A DNA stretch of 64,000 nt, from NCBI GenBank assembly GCA_020353515.1, contig CP070695.1:505173-569172 (forward strand). Direction: 5' to 3'. The stretch comes from Candidatus Heimdallarchaeota archaeon (GTDB lineage Archaea > Asgardarchaeota > Heimdallarchaeia > Hodarchaeales > Hodarchaeaceae). The notes below the pieces were generated by a model. The model searched no databases, was not told the DNA's origin, and saw nothing but the letters and a program-made list of their open reading frames with translations. A program made the position numbers and the translations under genes. Positions 19,946-29,806 of this stretch are shown here, in pieces. How positions within the stretch are numbered: position 1 is the stretch's first letter; every line of letters starts with the position of its first letter.

Positions 19946-21811
19946 TTATACCTCTCCCCATTTTTCGAGTAATTCCTTAGCTTTAGTGGCATAATCTAGA
20001 ATTTCCTCTTCTTTACGATATATCCTTTTATTTATCATTCGATTAATCAAATCTCCCAGCTGGGTCAATTCAAAAACCTCTTCCACAGAAGGTTTCTGTT
20101 CAATAATTTGTTCCCATCTGTTTATTTGCTCAATAAATACAATTTGCTCTCTGGAGATCTCCATAGCTAATCTCCGCAAACCTTTTTCCTCAGTAAAGGC
20201 TAGTGCTTGCTTTAAAAGTTGTTGTGAACGCTCTATATCAAACTCTAACAGAGCTAATCTTGATTCAAGCCAATAAATATGAGCAAGCCAAAAATGAGAG
20301 TACTGTTTCTCAGTAATGTGACTAAATCGTCTCAATACCGATTTAATATCCTGAATAATCTCTTCATTCCCTGTCGCTTTGAATTCAATCAGAAGTGACT
20401 CACATAGATATAGCATCGAAAAACCAGTAAAACTGATATAAAGAACCTCTTCTTGGGTTATTTTTCTAAAAATCTGTTGAGCTTCAGCCATATCAACAAT
20501 TCTTCCACTTGATTTTAATGCAATGGCTCTACCTAGTCTATAAATTTGATTAATCACTTTATTTTCTTCTTTGGAATGAATTTTCTGTAATTTTTCTAGA
20601 TAGAATGTTTGGTCAGTATCCTTATCATGTGCTTGGATAAGAGTAACAAGTAATCTGCTTGTATTGATATCGTTCCCGATTTCTTCAAAAAGTGCTAAAC
20701 TTTTTTTGTAATAACTCACAGCTTTCTCATTTTCTCCTTGATACTGGAAAATATCTCCGATATTCCCTAATCCAGTAGCTATTTCCTGTTTATCTCCTAA
20801 CTCTTCAGCTATATCCAAGCTTCTATGATAATATTCCGACGCTTCATCCAACTCCCCCTTAATTTGAAAAATGACTCCAACATTGTTATAGAAAGCCGCT
20901 AATTCACTTTTTAGCTCTAATCCCTCGTAAATTCTCAATCCTTTTTGGGAATATTCCAAAGCTGGATCTAAATCGCCTTTATTGCGATAGATCAAACCAA
21001 TATTGATTAATGACTCCGCTTGTCTTTTCTTATCTCCTTCTTTTTCACTTAAAGCTAAACTTTTTTGAAAACATCCTAGAGCTTGTTCTAATTCACCCTT
21101 TAACTGATAAATCATCCCGATATTATTGGTCAGTTTAAGGATCTGAGACCTATTTTCGAGTTCTTCAAATATTTCGAGACCTTGCTTGAAAAAACCTAGT
21201 GCTGAATCATTTTCACTTTTAGATGCATTTACGATCCCAAGCATATTTAGGATTTCAGCTTTCTCATATTGATCTCCATACTCTTGAATAGTAAAGAAAC
21301 ATTCTTGTAGATAATTTAAAGCTAGATCTAATTCCCCCTTTTTACGATAGATCTTCCCTTTAAGGAACTTCAGCTTAGAATCTCTTTTTACATAGTCAGG
21401 TTGATCTTTAGCCTTAATGGATATCAGAATGTTTTCAGCAGTCTTGATGACTTCAAGACATGTATTTAATTCACCTAGCTCAAATAACGCATTAGATTTT
21501 GCGATCATTGCATCAAATAGAATAACTAGCTCCCCAATTTGCTGACCTTCTTCAATAATTTGGTCAGCAAGATTTAAACCACCTGTTTCATCGCCCATTT
21601 GAGTAAAAATAAGACTCTTTTGAATCTTACTTCTCAATATATCAAGTTTATCACTACTTCTTCCTTCTAACTCAACCAGTTTCTTCAGAGCTAAATCAAG
21701 ATTACCTCTATAGATGAAAAACTCCACCTGCTTAAGATCTATATTTCTTAACTGTGAATTCTTCGATTTTCCTTTGCTAGAGGACGATTTAGAAGGTTTT
21801 AGACGAGGCAA
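19946..21811 (-). CDS. Tetratricopeptide repeat protein
   Basis: Several ~40-aa repeats N.IG.IY..KGE.D.AL....KSL. Confidence 0.9.
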   Translation of the reverse strand: MPRLKPSKSSSSKGKSKNSQLRNIDLKQVEFFIYRGNLDLALKKLVELEGRSSDKLDILRSKIQKSLIFTQMGDETGGLNLADQIIEEGQQIGELVILFDAMIAKSNALFELGELNTCLEVIKTAENILISIKAKDQPDYVKRDSKLKFLKGKIYRKKGELDLALNYLQECFFTIQEYGDQYEKAEILNMLGIVNASKSENDSALGFFKQGLEIFEELENRSQILKLTNNIGMIYQLKGELEQALGCFQKSLALSEKEGDKKRQAESLINIGLIYRNKGDLDPALEYSQKGLRIYEGLELKSELAAFYNNVGVIFQIKGELDEASEYYHRSLDIAEELGDKQEIATGLGNIGDIFQYQGENEKAVSYYKKSLALFEEIGNDINTSRLLVTLIQAHDKDTDQTFYLEKLQKIHSKEENKVINQIYRLGRAIALKSSGRIVDMAEAQQIFRKITQEEVLYISFTGFSMLYLCESLLIEFKATGNEEIIQDIKSVLRRFSHITEKQYSHFWLAHIYWLESRLALLEFDIERSQQLLKQALAFTEEKGLRRLAMEISREQIVFIEQINRWEQIIEQKPSVEEVFELTQLGDLINRMINKRIYRKEEEILDYATKAKELLEKWGEV

Positions 21812-21926
21812 TGATATAATCCACCATGGTTACTAAAAATCTGAACTTCTGTATTTTTAAATCTAATTAGGAATCAAGAAGAAAGATGCACGGTAAATGT
21901 TCAGGAAGGAAGAGTATCAAGGTTAA

Positions 21927-24593
21927 TTAAAGAGATTTTTCTCTAAAACGCTGTTTAATTGTTATTAAAACCGAAACTGCAAATAGAAACAGTAACAAGC
22001 TTGGTGCAGACACTTCTTCCTTTGTTGAACTGGTAGTTTCTTTGGATGATTCAGTTCGTGTTTCCTCTGGTTGTTTATCATTTTCTATGGTGAATGTTGA
22101 ATCAGATATATCTTCGACTTGTAAACCTTCGGAGCAAATAGCAACGACTTTGACTAGGTAGTCGGAACCATCAATAATTTCAGTAGTATCCCATCTACAA
22201 TAAAGATTTGAAATATCTGATTCAATTGAATTCCAGGATTCTCCATTATCTCCACTATAATAAACGTTATAGCTAATTATATGCCCCCAATAATCAGTTG
22301 CTTTTGCCCATCGAATAGTGATAACCTCACTGACCGTTTCGCCACCATTTGGATTTTTAACTCTGGGCCGTGAGATTAGATGTATATCCAAGGTCTCGGG
22401 ATTATGAGGATAAGTTAAGGGAGAATTATCAAAATTACCAACGTAACCATCTATGCTATATGGATCATCTACAATTCCATCTCCTTCACCCTCATCGTCA
22501 TCGGGAGATGTCCACTCATCCCAATAATTATATCTGAAAGAGCTTTCAATCCCTTCATCAAAAGCCTGTGAAGTCCCTTCGAGATTATTTCCTACCATAT
22601 CATTCCAATATATTTGATTTGAAGCCCCAGAGTTGATGTAAATCCCATATAAACTATTATGAATCACTAGATTATCATATATAGAAGTTTCATCTGAATC
22701 AATCAGAAGAATACCATGATGATTATTCTCTTGAATAGTATTTCTAGAAATAGTATTTCCGTCCGATGGGTCCATGAATATACCATTTCCTCCACCTAAT
22801 TGCATAATTGAAGAAGTTATCTCGGAAGTGCCTTCTGATGATCCTCCTCCTCCTCCGTTACCGTTCCCATATATATCATTATCCTCAATAATATTGAAAC
22901 TCGAATTTATTACTGTAATTCCATCACCAGAATTATTATGAATCTCATTTCCTGTAATGTTATTGTGATCTGATGGATCCATGAAAACACCATTTCCCCC
23001 CCCAAATTGTTGAATCAAAAAAGAGATATCAGAGATCGTTCGTGAAGATCCCCCACCATTATTGCCATTGCCATAAATATCATTGCCATCAATGAGATTA
23101 TGGCTAGAATTATCCAATCTAATACCATTTTCACTATTATTAAAGATATTATTACCCGTTATTTTATTATAATCAGATGGATCCATAAAAATACCATTCC
23201 CTCCACCAAATTGTTGAATCGAAAAAGAGATATCAGAGATCCCTCGTGAAGATCCCCCACCATTGTTGCCATTGCCATAAATATCATTGCCATCAATGAG
23301 ATTGTAGTTGGAATCCACCAATTCAATGCCATCATCTGTATTATTGAAAATGTCATTATTTGTGATATTGTTATAATTCGATGGATCCATGAAAATACCA
23401 TTCCCTCCGCCAAATTGTTGAATTTTCATCGAAAGCTCAGATATCCCGTGAGAACAGGCAGTAGTGTTCCCATTACAGAAAATATAATTGTTATCAATCG
23501 TATTATTGTGGGAATTAACTAATGTGTTGCCATTTTCAGCATTACTATAAAATGAATTAAGTGTAATGTTATTTTTAATGGAATACCGCGAGAAAAGACC
23601 ACTTTCAGAGTTTTGATAAGCATCATTATCTACTATAGTATTTATGTCACTAGAATCCAGATAAACGCCATCTTCTGAGTTTTGATAAGCTGAATTCCTG
23701 AATAAATCATTATTAGTAGAATTAATAAGCTTAATACCAGCTAGGGCATTATAATACGCTTTATTATCAGATATATTGTTATCTCGCGAAACTTGAAGCC
23801 CTATACCATCCCAACCATTACTGTAGACCTTATTAAGAATGATTTTACTATTATTGGACATGGTGAACCAGATACCAGCCCATGTGTTATTATAAGCTGT
23901 ATTATTGAAACAAGTATTATTAAGTGAGTATTGATAATAAATTCCGCTATTTGTGCTATTATAGACAGTATTAATAGTTAATGTGTTATTATCCGAGTAA
24001 CTTAATCTTATTCCGTTAGTACTATAAGAAAGAACATTTTCTGTCACAGTGTTATTATAGGAATTTTCTAAATTTACAGCACCAACACAATTAGTAATAG
24101 AATTATTAAAAACAATACCATACGTAACATTCTTAAGAAAAACACCATTATAATTTCTAGATATCCCGTTCAACAAGTTAGAAGAAATTTTAAAGAAAGC
24201 TGTGGTGTTCTCAATGTGTATGAGGTGAAAACTGTTATTGGTGATCTGATATCCTTCAATTAAGTATGGTTTGTTGAATGTCCCGTCTCCAGTAAAATTG
24301 TAACCTGCTGGGCCAAAATCCGCATTATCATCAATATAAAACGGATCATGCATCTCATAAGCCATTACACTAGAGCTTGAGGATATTTTAGGTGAGATAC
24401 GAGAGATTTTTTGGTTATTTACCTCTTCTTGAATTTGGATGTTACAGTGGGATTCTTGGAGAAGAGGGACTGAACTATTATATATTAGATGTTGTTCTAG
24501 TTTATATTGAATATGGAGATTAATATTAAACAAAGTAAGCCCAAAAAAAACGATAATTAACAACAAAACCTTTCTAATTTTCATAGATTTCAA
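21927..24593 (-). CDS. Secreted right-handed parallel beta-helix (NosD/CASH) surface protein with Ig/FN3-like domain and C-terminal membrane anchor
   Basis: Signal peptide; many N..GI.L..S.NN.I..N repeats; NYWD.W..PD motif; Ser/Thr linker, hydrophobic segment and basic tail. Confidence 0.88.
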   Translation of the reverse strand: MKSMKIRKVLLLIIVFFGLTLFNINLHIQYKLEQHLIYNSSVPLLQESHCNIQIQEEVNNQKISRISPKISSSSSVMAYEMHDPFYIDDNADFGPAGYNFTGDGTFNKPYLIEGYQITNNSFHLIHIENTTAFFKISSNLLNGISRNYNGVFLKNVTYGIVFNNSITNCVGAVNLENSYNNTVTENVLSYSTNGIRLSYSDNNTLTINTVYNSTNSGIYYQYSLNNTCFNNTAYNNTWAGIWFTMSNNSKIILNKVYSNGWDGIGLQVSRDNNISDNKAYYNALAGIKLINSTNNDLFRNSAYQNSEDGVYLDSSDINTIVDNDAYQNSESGLFSRYSIKNNITLNSFYSNAENGNTLVNSHNNTIDNNYIFCNGNTTACSHGISELSMKIQQFGGGNGIFMDPSNYNNITNNDIFNNTDDGIELVDSNYNLIDGNDIYGNGNNGGGSSRGISDISFSIQQFGGGNGIFMDPSDYNKITGNNIFNNSENGIRLDNSSHNLIDGNDIYGNGNNGGGSSRTISDISFLIQQFGGGNGVFMDPSDHNNITGNEIHNNSGDGITVINSSFNIIEDNDIYGNGNGGGGGSSEGTSEITSSIMQLGGGNGIFMDPSDGNTISRNTIQENNHHGILLIDSDETSIYDNLVIHNSLYGIYINSGASNQIYWNDMVGNNLEGTSQAFDEGIESSFRYNYWDEWTSPDDDEGEGDGIVDDPYSIDGYVGNFDNSPLTYPHNPETLDIHLISRPRVKNPNGGETVSEVITIRWAKATDYWGHIISYNVYYSGDNGESWNSIESDISNLYCRWDTTEIIDGSDYLVKVVAICSEGLQVEDISDSTFTIENDKQPEETRTESSKETTSSTKEEVSAPSLLLFLFAVSVLITIKQRFREKSL
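22740..23500 (-). repeat. Intragenic tandem repeat, about 4 units of 204 nt (68 aa)
   Basis: CCAAATTGTTGAAT anchors at about 23410, 23206 and 23002 (period 204); a fourth unit is 207 nt away. Unit: QQFGGGNGIFMDPS...GNGNNGGGSSR.ISDISF. Confidence 0.9.
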
Positions 24594-24697
24594 CTTCCAC
24601 CTAGATTACTCATGCTTATTGGATTGTTAGAATAAGGATTTTTTGTTTTAGGTAACGGTTATTTTTAAGCTTTGCGAATTATTTGATTTTCTTTGTT

Positions 24698-25306
24698 TCA
24701 AGGATACCCATAATATTCCCGAAAGGTTGTAAAAATTTCATCGTAAGGAAGGTCAGCATACGTTCCTCTATCACTAATATATTCAACAAAAAGGTTCCCC
24801 GCATTATCATACGGTTTAAATGTTGCATCATTCACTCCATCGAAAGTACATACTGGAAAATTATGGCGGTCACAAAGAGGGGTTTGGAACGATGGGGTCA
24901 GCTTTATCCATTTCCCCAAATAAACCTCAGCATATCCATGGAAAACCATGACATTAGTTTGGAGAATCTCATAAATATGTGGTGGAATCCTATGGTTAAT
25001 AATATCGGCAAAATGAAGGCGTGCTGGGATTTGATTTGCTCTATATAATGCTACTAATGCAACTGATTTGGGGATACAAAATCCGACCTTTTTCTCAATT
25101 GTTGTGCTACCTTTCATATCATCTGGTGTTTCATACCTTGTCACATCAATAGTATATTTGATATTATCTCGTACATAATTGAAAGTAGCTATTGCTAGGT
25201 CAACCTTCTTATTATGTTCTGAGGAGAGCTCGTTTGCTAAATTTACTACAATATCTGATTCTGAGTCAATGAAAAATGTTGGATCAAGGTATTCATTTAA
25301 AACCAT
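24698..25306 (-). CDS. Transglutaminase-like family protein
   Basis: FNYVRDNIKY, GFCIPKS (Cys), FHGYAEVYL (His) and W.KLTP motifs. Confidence 0.85.
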   Translation of the reverse strand: MVLNEYLDPTFFIDSESDIVVNLANELSSEHNKKVDLAIATFNYVRDNIKYTIDVTRYETPDDMKGSTTIEKKVGFCIPKSVALVALYRANQIPARLHFADIINHRIPPHIYEILQTNVMVFHGYAEVYLGKWIKLTPSFQTPLCDRHNFPVCTFDGVNDATFKPYDNAGNLFVEYISDRGTYADLPYDEIFTTFREYYGYP

Positions 25307-25338
25307 ATTTTTAACCTGCCATATTTTAGAGATACTCT

Positions 25339-25530
25339 CTACATTCCAATCTTTGGAATAATCGGAAGATATCTCTGGATTTTAGATCCCTGATAGAAAT
25401 GTTTTACTCTTTCAATCTTATCATGAGGTAGTTCAAGCTCTTCAGCTATTTTATTTTGTTACCAACCAGCTATTAATAGAACCAAAACTTTATCAACATC
25501 GTCAGATTCGAGTTCGTACGTTTTACTCAA
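25339..25530 (-). pseudogene. Gene remnant resembling the C-terminus of NH3-dependent NAD+ synthetase (NadE), with internal TAA
   Basis: Reads SKTYELESDDVDKVLVLLIAGW*QNKIAEELELPHDKIERVKHFYQGSKIQRYLPIIPKIGM*; similarity judged by eye. Confidence 0.5.
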
Positions 25531-25554
25531 GGAGTTAAGCCTTTAACTTACTTT

Positions 25555-26994
25555 TTATTGTTTATATAGGCTTTTGTAGTATTCAATTGGAGGTTTTGCA
25601 CCTTCTGGTAGTGGGCTTTCAAAGGGAGTTGTCTTAATCTTCTCCTCAAATTCCTTTTGTGCTTTTTCAACTAACCCCGGATTCTGAAGTAATTCAATAA
25701 CTGCAAGCCCAAGGATCTTGGCAGCAGTTATCATTCCTTTGTGGCCAATACTCATTCCTGCTTGTGCGACTTGTTGCCAAGAATGGCCTGGAGTTCCAAT
25801 AGTACCACAAACGGTCGCAAATTGTGCTAAAGGAGTCACCCAACTCACATCTCCTACATCGGTCGATCCACCTAAAGTGGTTCCACGACCAAAGATCGGG
25901 CTAATTGTATCACAAAATTCTTTCTCCCTAAATCGCTCGAAAAACGGTCTAGCATCTTGTGGAAGGCCAGCTAAGTAATTATCAAAGTAATTTTCTGGAA
26001 AGGATTTACGGAGTTCACAAGCAAATTCGTATTCCTCTTCTGTGAATTGGGGAGGCCCTACCACTTCCATTTTCTCATGTAATAAATCCTCTAAAGTTTG
26101 ATTAGGTAACAAATTCGCTGAACCACCGAGAAGAATCGATTCGAATTCTGTTTCGGTCATCAATGAAGCTCCTTCTGCTACCTTAAGCACTCTAGGATAA
26201 AGTGATTTGACTTCATTAAGACTGGGGGCTCTAACATAATACCATACTTCTGCTTCATCAGGGACAATATTAGGTGCTTGACCTCCGTTCGTAATTACAT
26301 AATGAATACGGGCATCTGGGATAATATGCTCCCGAAGATAGTTGCTTCCAACATTCATGAGTTCAACAGCGTCAAGTGCTGACCGACCATTAAAAGGATC
26401 ACCAGCTGCATGAGCAGTTTGCCCTCTAAAGCGAAAAACAACGTTATACATAGCTTGAAAATTCGTAGCAATGACAAAGTTCACATCCCAAGGATGCCAA
26501 GTCAGAGAAATATCAACATCATCGAAAACTCCTGCATTAATCATCCATCCTTTTCCGTCAGCATTTTCCTCTGCTGGAGTACCATAATATCGGATAGTTC
26601 CATGTACTTCTCCAGATTCTATTGCCTTCTTAACTGCTAAACAAGCTGCCAAGCATGCTGTGCCAAAAAGATTGTGTCCACATCCATGTCCAGGCGCTCT
26701 TTCTTCAAGGGGTTTTTTAATTGGGGTTGTATCTTGACTAAGTCCTGGTAACGCATCATATTCCCCTAAGATTGCAATTATTGGACTTTCAGTCCCATAG
26801 CTCGCTATAAACGCTGTAGGCATGTCCGCTACCCCCAACTCTATTGTAAACCCTGCTTCATTAAGTGTATCCGCTAATAATCTTGAAGACTTTTTTTCAA
26901 ATAAACCTAACTCTGCGTAGTTCCAAATTCTATCACTGATCTGAATAAACTTCTTTTGATTATTTTCAATCCATTCTAATATCTTTACTGACAA
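25555..26994 (-). CDS. M20 amidohydrolase, AbgB-like
   Basis: GEYDALPGL, GHGCGHN, PAEE, WHP, GRSALDA, GSTDVGDVSW and GHSWQ motifs. Confidence 0.92.
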   Translation of the reverse strand: MSVKILEWIENNQKKFIQISDRIWNYAELGLFEKKSSRLLADTLNEAGFTIELGVADMPTAFIASYGTESPIIAILGEYDALPGLSQDTTPIKKPLEERAPGHGCGHNLFGTACLAACLAVKKAIESGEVHGTIRYYGTPAEENADGKGWMINAGVFDDVDISLTWHPWDVNFVIATNFQAMYNVVFRFRGQTAHAAGDPFNGRSALDAVELMNVGSNYLREHIIPDARIHYVITNGGQAPNIVPDEAEVWYYVRAPSLNEVKSLYPRVLKVAEGASLMTETEFESILLGGSANLLPNQTLEDLLHEKMEVVGPPQFTEEEYEFACELRKSFPENYFDNYLAGLPQDARPFFERFREKEFCDTISPIFGRGTTLGGSTDVGDVSWVTPLAQFATVCGTIGTPGHSWQQVAQAGMSIGHKGMITAAKILGLAVIELLQNPGLVEKAQKEFEEKIKTTPFESPLPEGAKPPIEYYKSLYKQ

Positions 26995-27072
26995 TTTTGA
27001 ACACCTAGATTAGATATTCTTATTCGTGTACTTTTTATTCTCATTTCTTAATATCGTTCAAAAAATGTATAG

Positions 27073-27939
27073 GTGAAACAATTGAAAGAAAGTGGGCTTG
27101 ATCCTAATATCGTGGGTAGAATTTACGAAGGAGTAACAACAACAGTTGATCCAGAGAAAACAATGACTTATGCCAAAGCAACAAATGAAACAAACCCACG
27201 ATATTATGAAACAGATGAAAATATGTTTGCTATTCCACCCCTTTTCCCCGTAACCATGTTTATCGATCCGATGATCCAGATAGTTAGTGATGAGACGCTT
27301 AATCTTGATATTCTCCGAATGGTTCATGGTGAACAGGAAATTCTGTACCATCGATCATTAAGACCAAGAGAAAAGATAAAGACTAAAGTTGAATTAGATT
27401 CTATCGATTCCAAAAAAGCAGGAGATATTTTATGGGCAAAGATGATGGGTTATACAGGAGAAGAGCTTGTTTTCGAAATGCGAGCTGGATTGTTCTTTAA
27501 AAAACCAACAAAAGGAAAAAAATTGTCTGAACCAAAAATTAAAGAGTCTTCAACTGAAAGAGAGATTGTAGTCAAACAACAGATGAAAGTAACATCAGAT
27601 CAATCGGTTCGTTATGCAGCTGCATCTGGTGACGAGAATCCTATTCACGTTGACAAAGAGATAGCTATAGCTGCTGGACTACCTGATATTATTCTTCATG
27701 GTTTGTGTACTTTAGCTTTTGCGACACAGGCTATTGTGGATAATCTAGCAGATGGTGATCCAACAAGAGTCAAAAGAATAAAAACAAGGTTTTCAAAGCC
27801 TGTTTTCATGAATGACACTCTTACCACGGAGGGGTGGATATTAGAAGAAAATAAAGCGAAGAAGATTGTTGGTTTTGAAACCAAAAATGAAGCTGGAGAA
27901 GCTGTACTTAAACTTGGATTTATAGAACTCTTAAAGTGA
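27073..27939 (+). CDS. MaoC-type double hot-dog (R)-enoyl-CoA hydratase
   Basis: MVHGEQ and YAAASGDENPIH...ILHGLCT motifs; the start may be TTG 27082 after AGGTGA. Confidence 0.9.
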   Translation: MKQLKESGLDPNIVGRIYEGVTTTVDPEKTMTYAKATNETNPRYYETDENMFAIPPLFPVTMFIDPMIQIVSDETLNLDILRMVHGEQEILYHRSLRPREKIKTKVELDSIDSKKAGDILWAKMMGYTGEELVFEMRAGLFFKKPTKGKKLSEPKIKESSTEREIVVKQQMKVTSDQSVRYAAASGDENPIHVDKEIAIAAGLPDIILHGLCTLAFATQAIVDNLADGDPTRVKRIKTRFSKPVFMNDTLTTEGWILEENKAKKIVGFETKNEAGEAVLKLGFIELLK

Positions 27940-28003
27940 AGTCAATTCAAGCGTACTAATTATTTCTTCATTTGAACAGTCTGGATCAAAGAAAAAATAG
28001 AAT

Positions 28004-29392
28004 TCAAAGTGGGGTGAGGAACCTTCCATATCCTTGGTCTACATGAAAGCTACCAGTATCGTATACTAAATTTCCCCTCACAAATGTTTTCTCGATCGCT
28101 CCTTTTAATTTCATCCCATCAAAAACTGTTACTTTCGGTTTAGTGAATAATTCCTCACTTTTTAGGGTGTATTCTTTTCGCATGTCTACAATTACTAGAT
28201 CTGCATCGGCACCTAATGCAATAGTTCCTTTACGAGGATATAACCCAAATCGCTTTGAAGGAGTTATAGATGTTGATTCGACAACCCTCTGTAATGTAAT
28301 CTTCTTTTTATTGACTGCATCAATCATTAGAGGCAGAATTGTTTCCAAACCAGTTGTTCCTGACCCAACCTCAAAGAAATTATCATCTTTTTGGCTTACA
28401 TCCTTCTCATCATCAGAATAAGGAGAATGGTCTGAAGCTATCATATCTATGGTTCTATCATTCAATGCTTCCCACGCTGCAATAACATGATCCCTTGATC
28501 TCAGAGGTGGGTCAACCTTAGCCCATGATCCTATTTTTTCGCCATCCTCAGATGTAAGGAAAAGGTGGTGGGGTGTTATTTCACACGTTACATCCCATTT
28601 ATTCTGTTTCGCTCTTCTAATATAGTCAAAAGCATTTTTTGAACTCATGTGGACGAGATTGAGCTTTACATTCGCATGATGTGCTAGTAAGAGAGCCCTC
28701 ATACATGCTTCATCTTCAGAAATAGCAGGTCTAGAAGCTGTATGCGCTTTAAAATCTTTTCTCCCCTTAGAAATTAACTTATCAATCTCATTGGAGATTA
28801 TAACATCATTTTCAGCATGAACACTACTAACAAGTCCAGTTTTTGCGATCTCCGAAAAAATTTTCATCAGAAAATAATCATCTTTGGCAGCAAGATCCTT
28901 TAATTCAGCTTCCTCCTCCGAGGGGTTAATCATAAATGTTTTAAAAGCAACGGCTCCTCTTTGAGCTGATTCAGCGATAGTGTCAATGCTCGAATAGCCA
29001 GCTGACCCTATTATCCCAAAATCTACCAAACATCTCTTCTTCATGATATCCAATTGCATATCAAATACTTCAAGTACAGATTTTCCCTCAATACCGAGAG
29101 GCATCTCTAATACAGTTGTTATCCCTCCTGCAGCAGCAGATCTAGTTCCTGTAACAAAAGTTTCCCTATAATCAAAAATTAAATCTAAAATATGAGTGTG
29201 TACATCAATCCCACCAGGGATAACTATTTTTCCTGAAGCATCAATTGTTTCTTGAGCTTTTGGTATGGCATTCTCTTTCCCGATTACTACTATTCTTCCC
29301 TGATCAATACCTAAACTTGCATCAACGAGATCATCTTCTAGGAAAATCTTAGCGTTAACAATATTTAGATCTAGTATTATAATAACCTCCAA
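28004..29392 (-). CDS. Cyclic amidohydrolase (allantoinase/dihydroorotase/hydantoinase family)
   Basis: PGGIDVHTH, AAAGGITT, FKTF, HAEN, HMS, CEITPHHL and SDHSP motifs; probable true start is ATA 29377. Confidence 0.9.
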   Translation of the reverse strand: MEVIIILDLNIVNAKIFLEDDLVDASLGIDQGRIVVIGKENAIPKAQETIDASGKIVIPGGIDVHTHILDLIFDYRETFVTGTRSAAAGGITTVLEMPLGIEGKSVLEVFDMQLDIMKKRCLVDFGIIGSAGYSSIDTIAESAQRGAVAFKTFMINPSEEEAELKDLAAKDDYFLMKIFSEIAKTGLVSSVHAENDVIISNEIDKLISKGRKDFKAHTASRPAISEDEACMRALLLAHHANVKLNLVHMSSKNAFDYIRRAKQNKWDVTCEITPHHLFLTSEDGEKIGSWAKVDPPLRSRDHVIAAWEALNDRTIDMIASDHSPYSDDEKDVSQKDDNFFEVGSGTTGLETILPLMIDAVNKKKITLQRVVESTSITPSKRFGLYPRKGTIALGADADLVIVDMRKEYTLKSEELFTKPKVTVFDGMKLKGAIEKTFVRGNLVYDTGSFHVDQGYGRFLTPL

Positions 29393-29420
29393 AAGATGTG
29401 AAATCAGATATTAAGATGAA
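29291..29420 (+). repeat. Left copy of diverged direct repeat (amidohydrolase 5' end plus upstream region)
   Basis: Ungapped match to 35511-35640, 102/130 identical by hand count, offset 6220. Confidence 0.9.
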
Positions 29421-29440
29421 AAATTTATACATTACCCACA

Positions 29441-29530
29441 ACGAAGGGTCAAGGTGACTTCTGGTTGGTGAAAATAAATGCCTCTGGGCAAGTAGAATGG
29501 GATCAAACCTATTGAGGTGATGAAGGTCAT
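29441..29530 (+). pseudogene. Fragment of a beta-propeller-type repeat protein paralogous to 34174..35475
   Basis: TKGQGDFWLVKINASGQVEWDQTY*GDEG versus DIWLVKTDATGQQEWNTTLGD and GDFWGLKASSTGQYVWNFTYG in the 34174 protein. Confidence 0.65.
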
Positions 29531-29714
29531 GTCTTTGAATTCCATCTTTTCCCGGAAACGAAGATTATAGATCTTCCATTTTCCTTTTTTATTTGTAAAT
29601 ATTCAGATTTAGGAATTTTTCAGATTTAAGGATCTGTTTTATTACTTTATAGCTGTATTATCCCGATCTAGTAAAGTTTTTCCCACGTAATTCCAGTTTT
29701 GGGTGAAATAATGT

Positions 29715-29754
29715 TTGTTGCACCCTGTTACAACAATAATCCTTTTTTATTGTT
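29715..29754 (+). promoter_or_regulatory. Palindromic operator plus TATA-like box upstream of the beta-helix surface protein
   Basis: TTGTTGCA-CCCTGT-TACAACAA followed by TAATCCTTTTTTATTGTT; conserved with 34073-34110. Confidence 0.7.
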
Positions 29755-29806
29755 CCAACAATATACTCATATACCCTTAAGTTGTTTCAAACTGGAAGAG
29801 ATACCT

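Noticed and set aside
22740-23500. CRISPR array
   Set aside because: The repeats are in-frame coding units of 204 nt with no unique spacers, and no cas genes are present.
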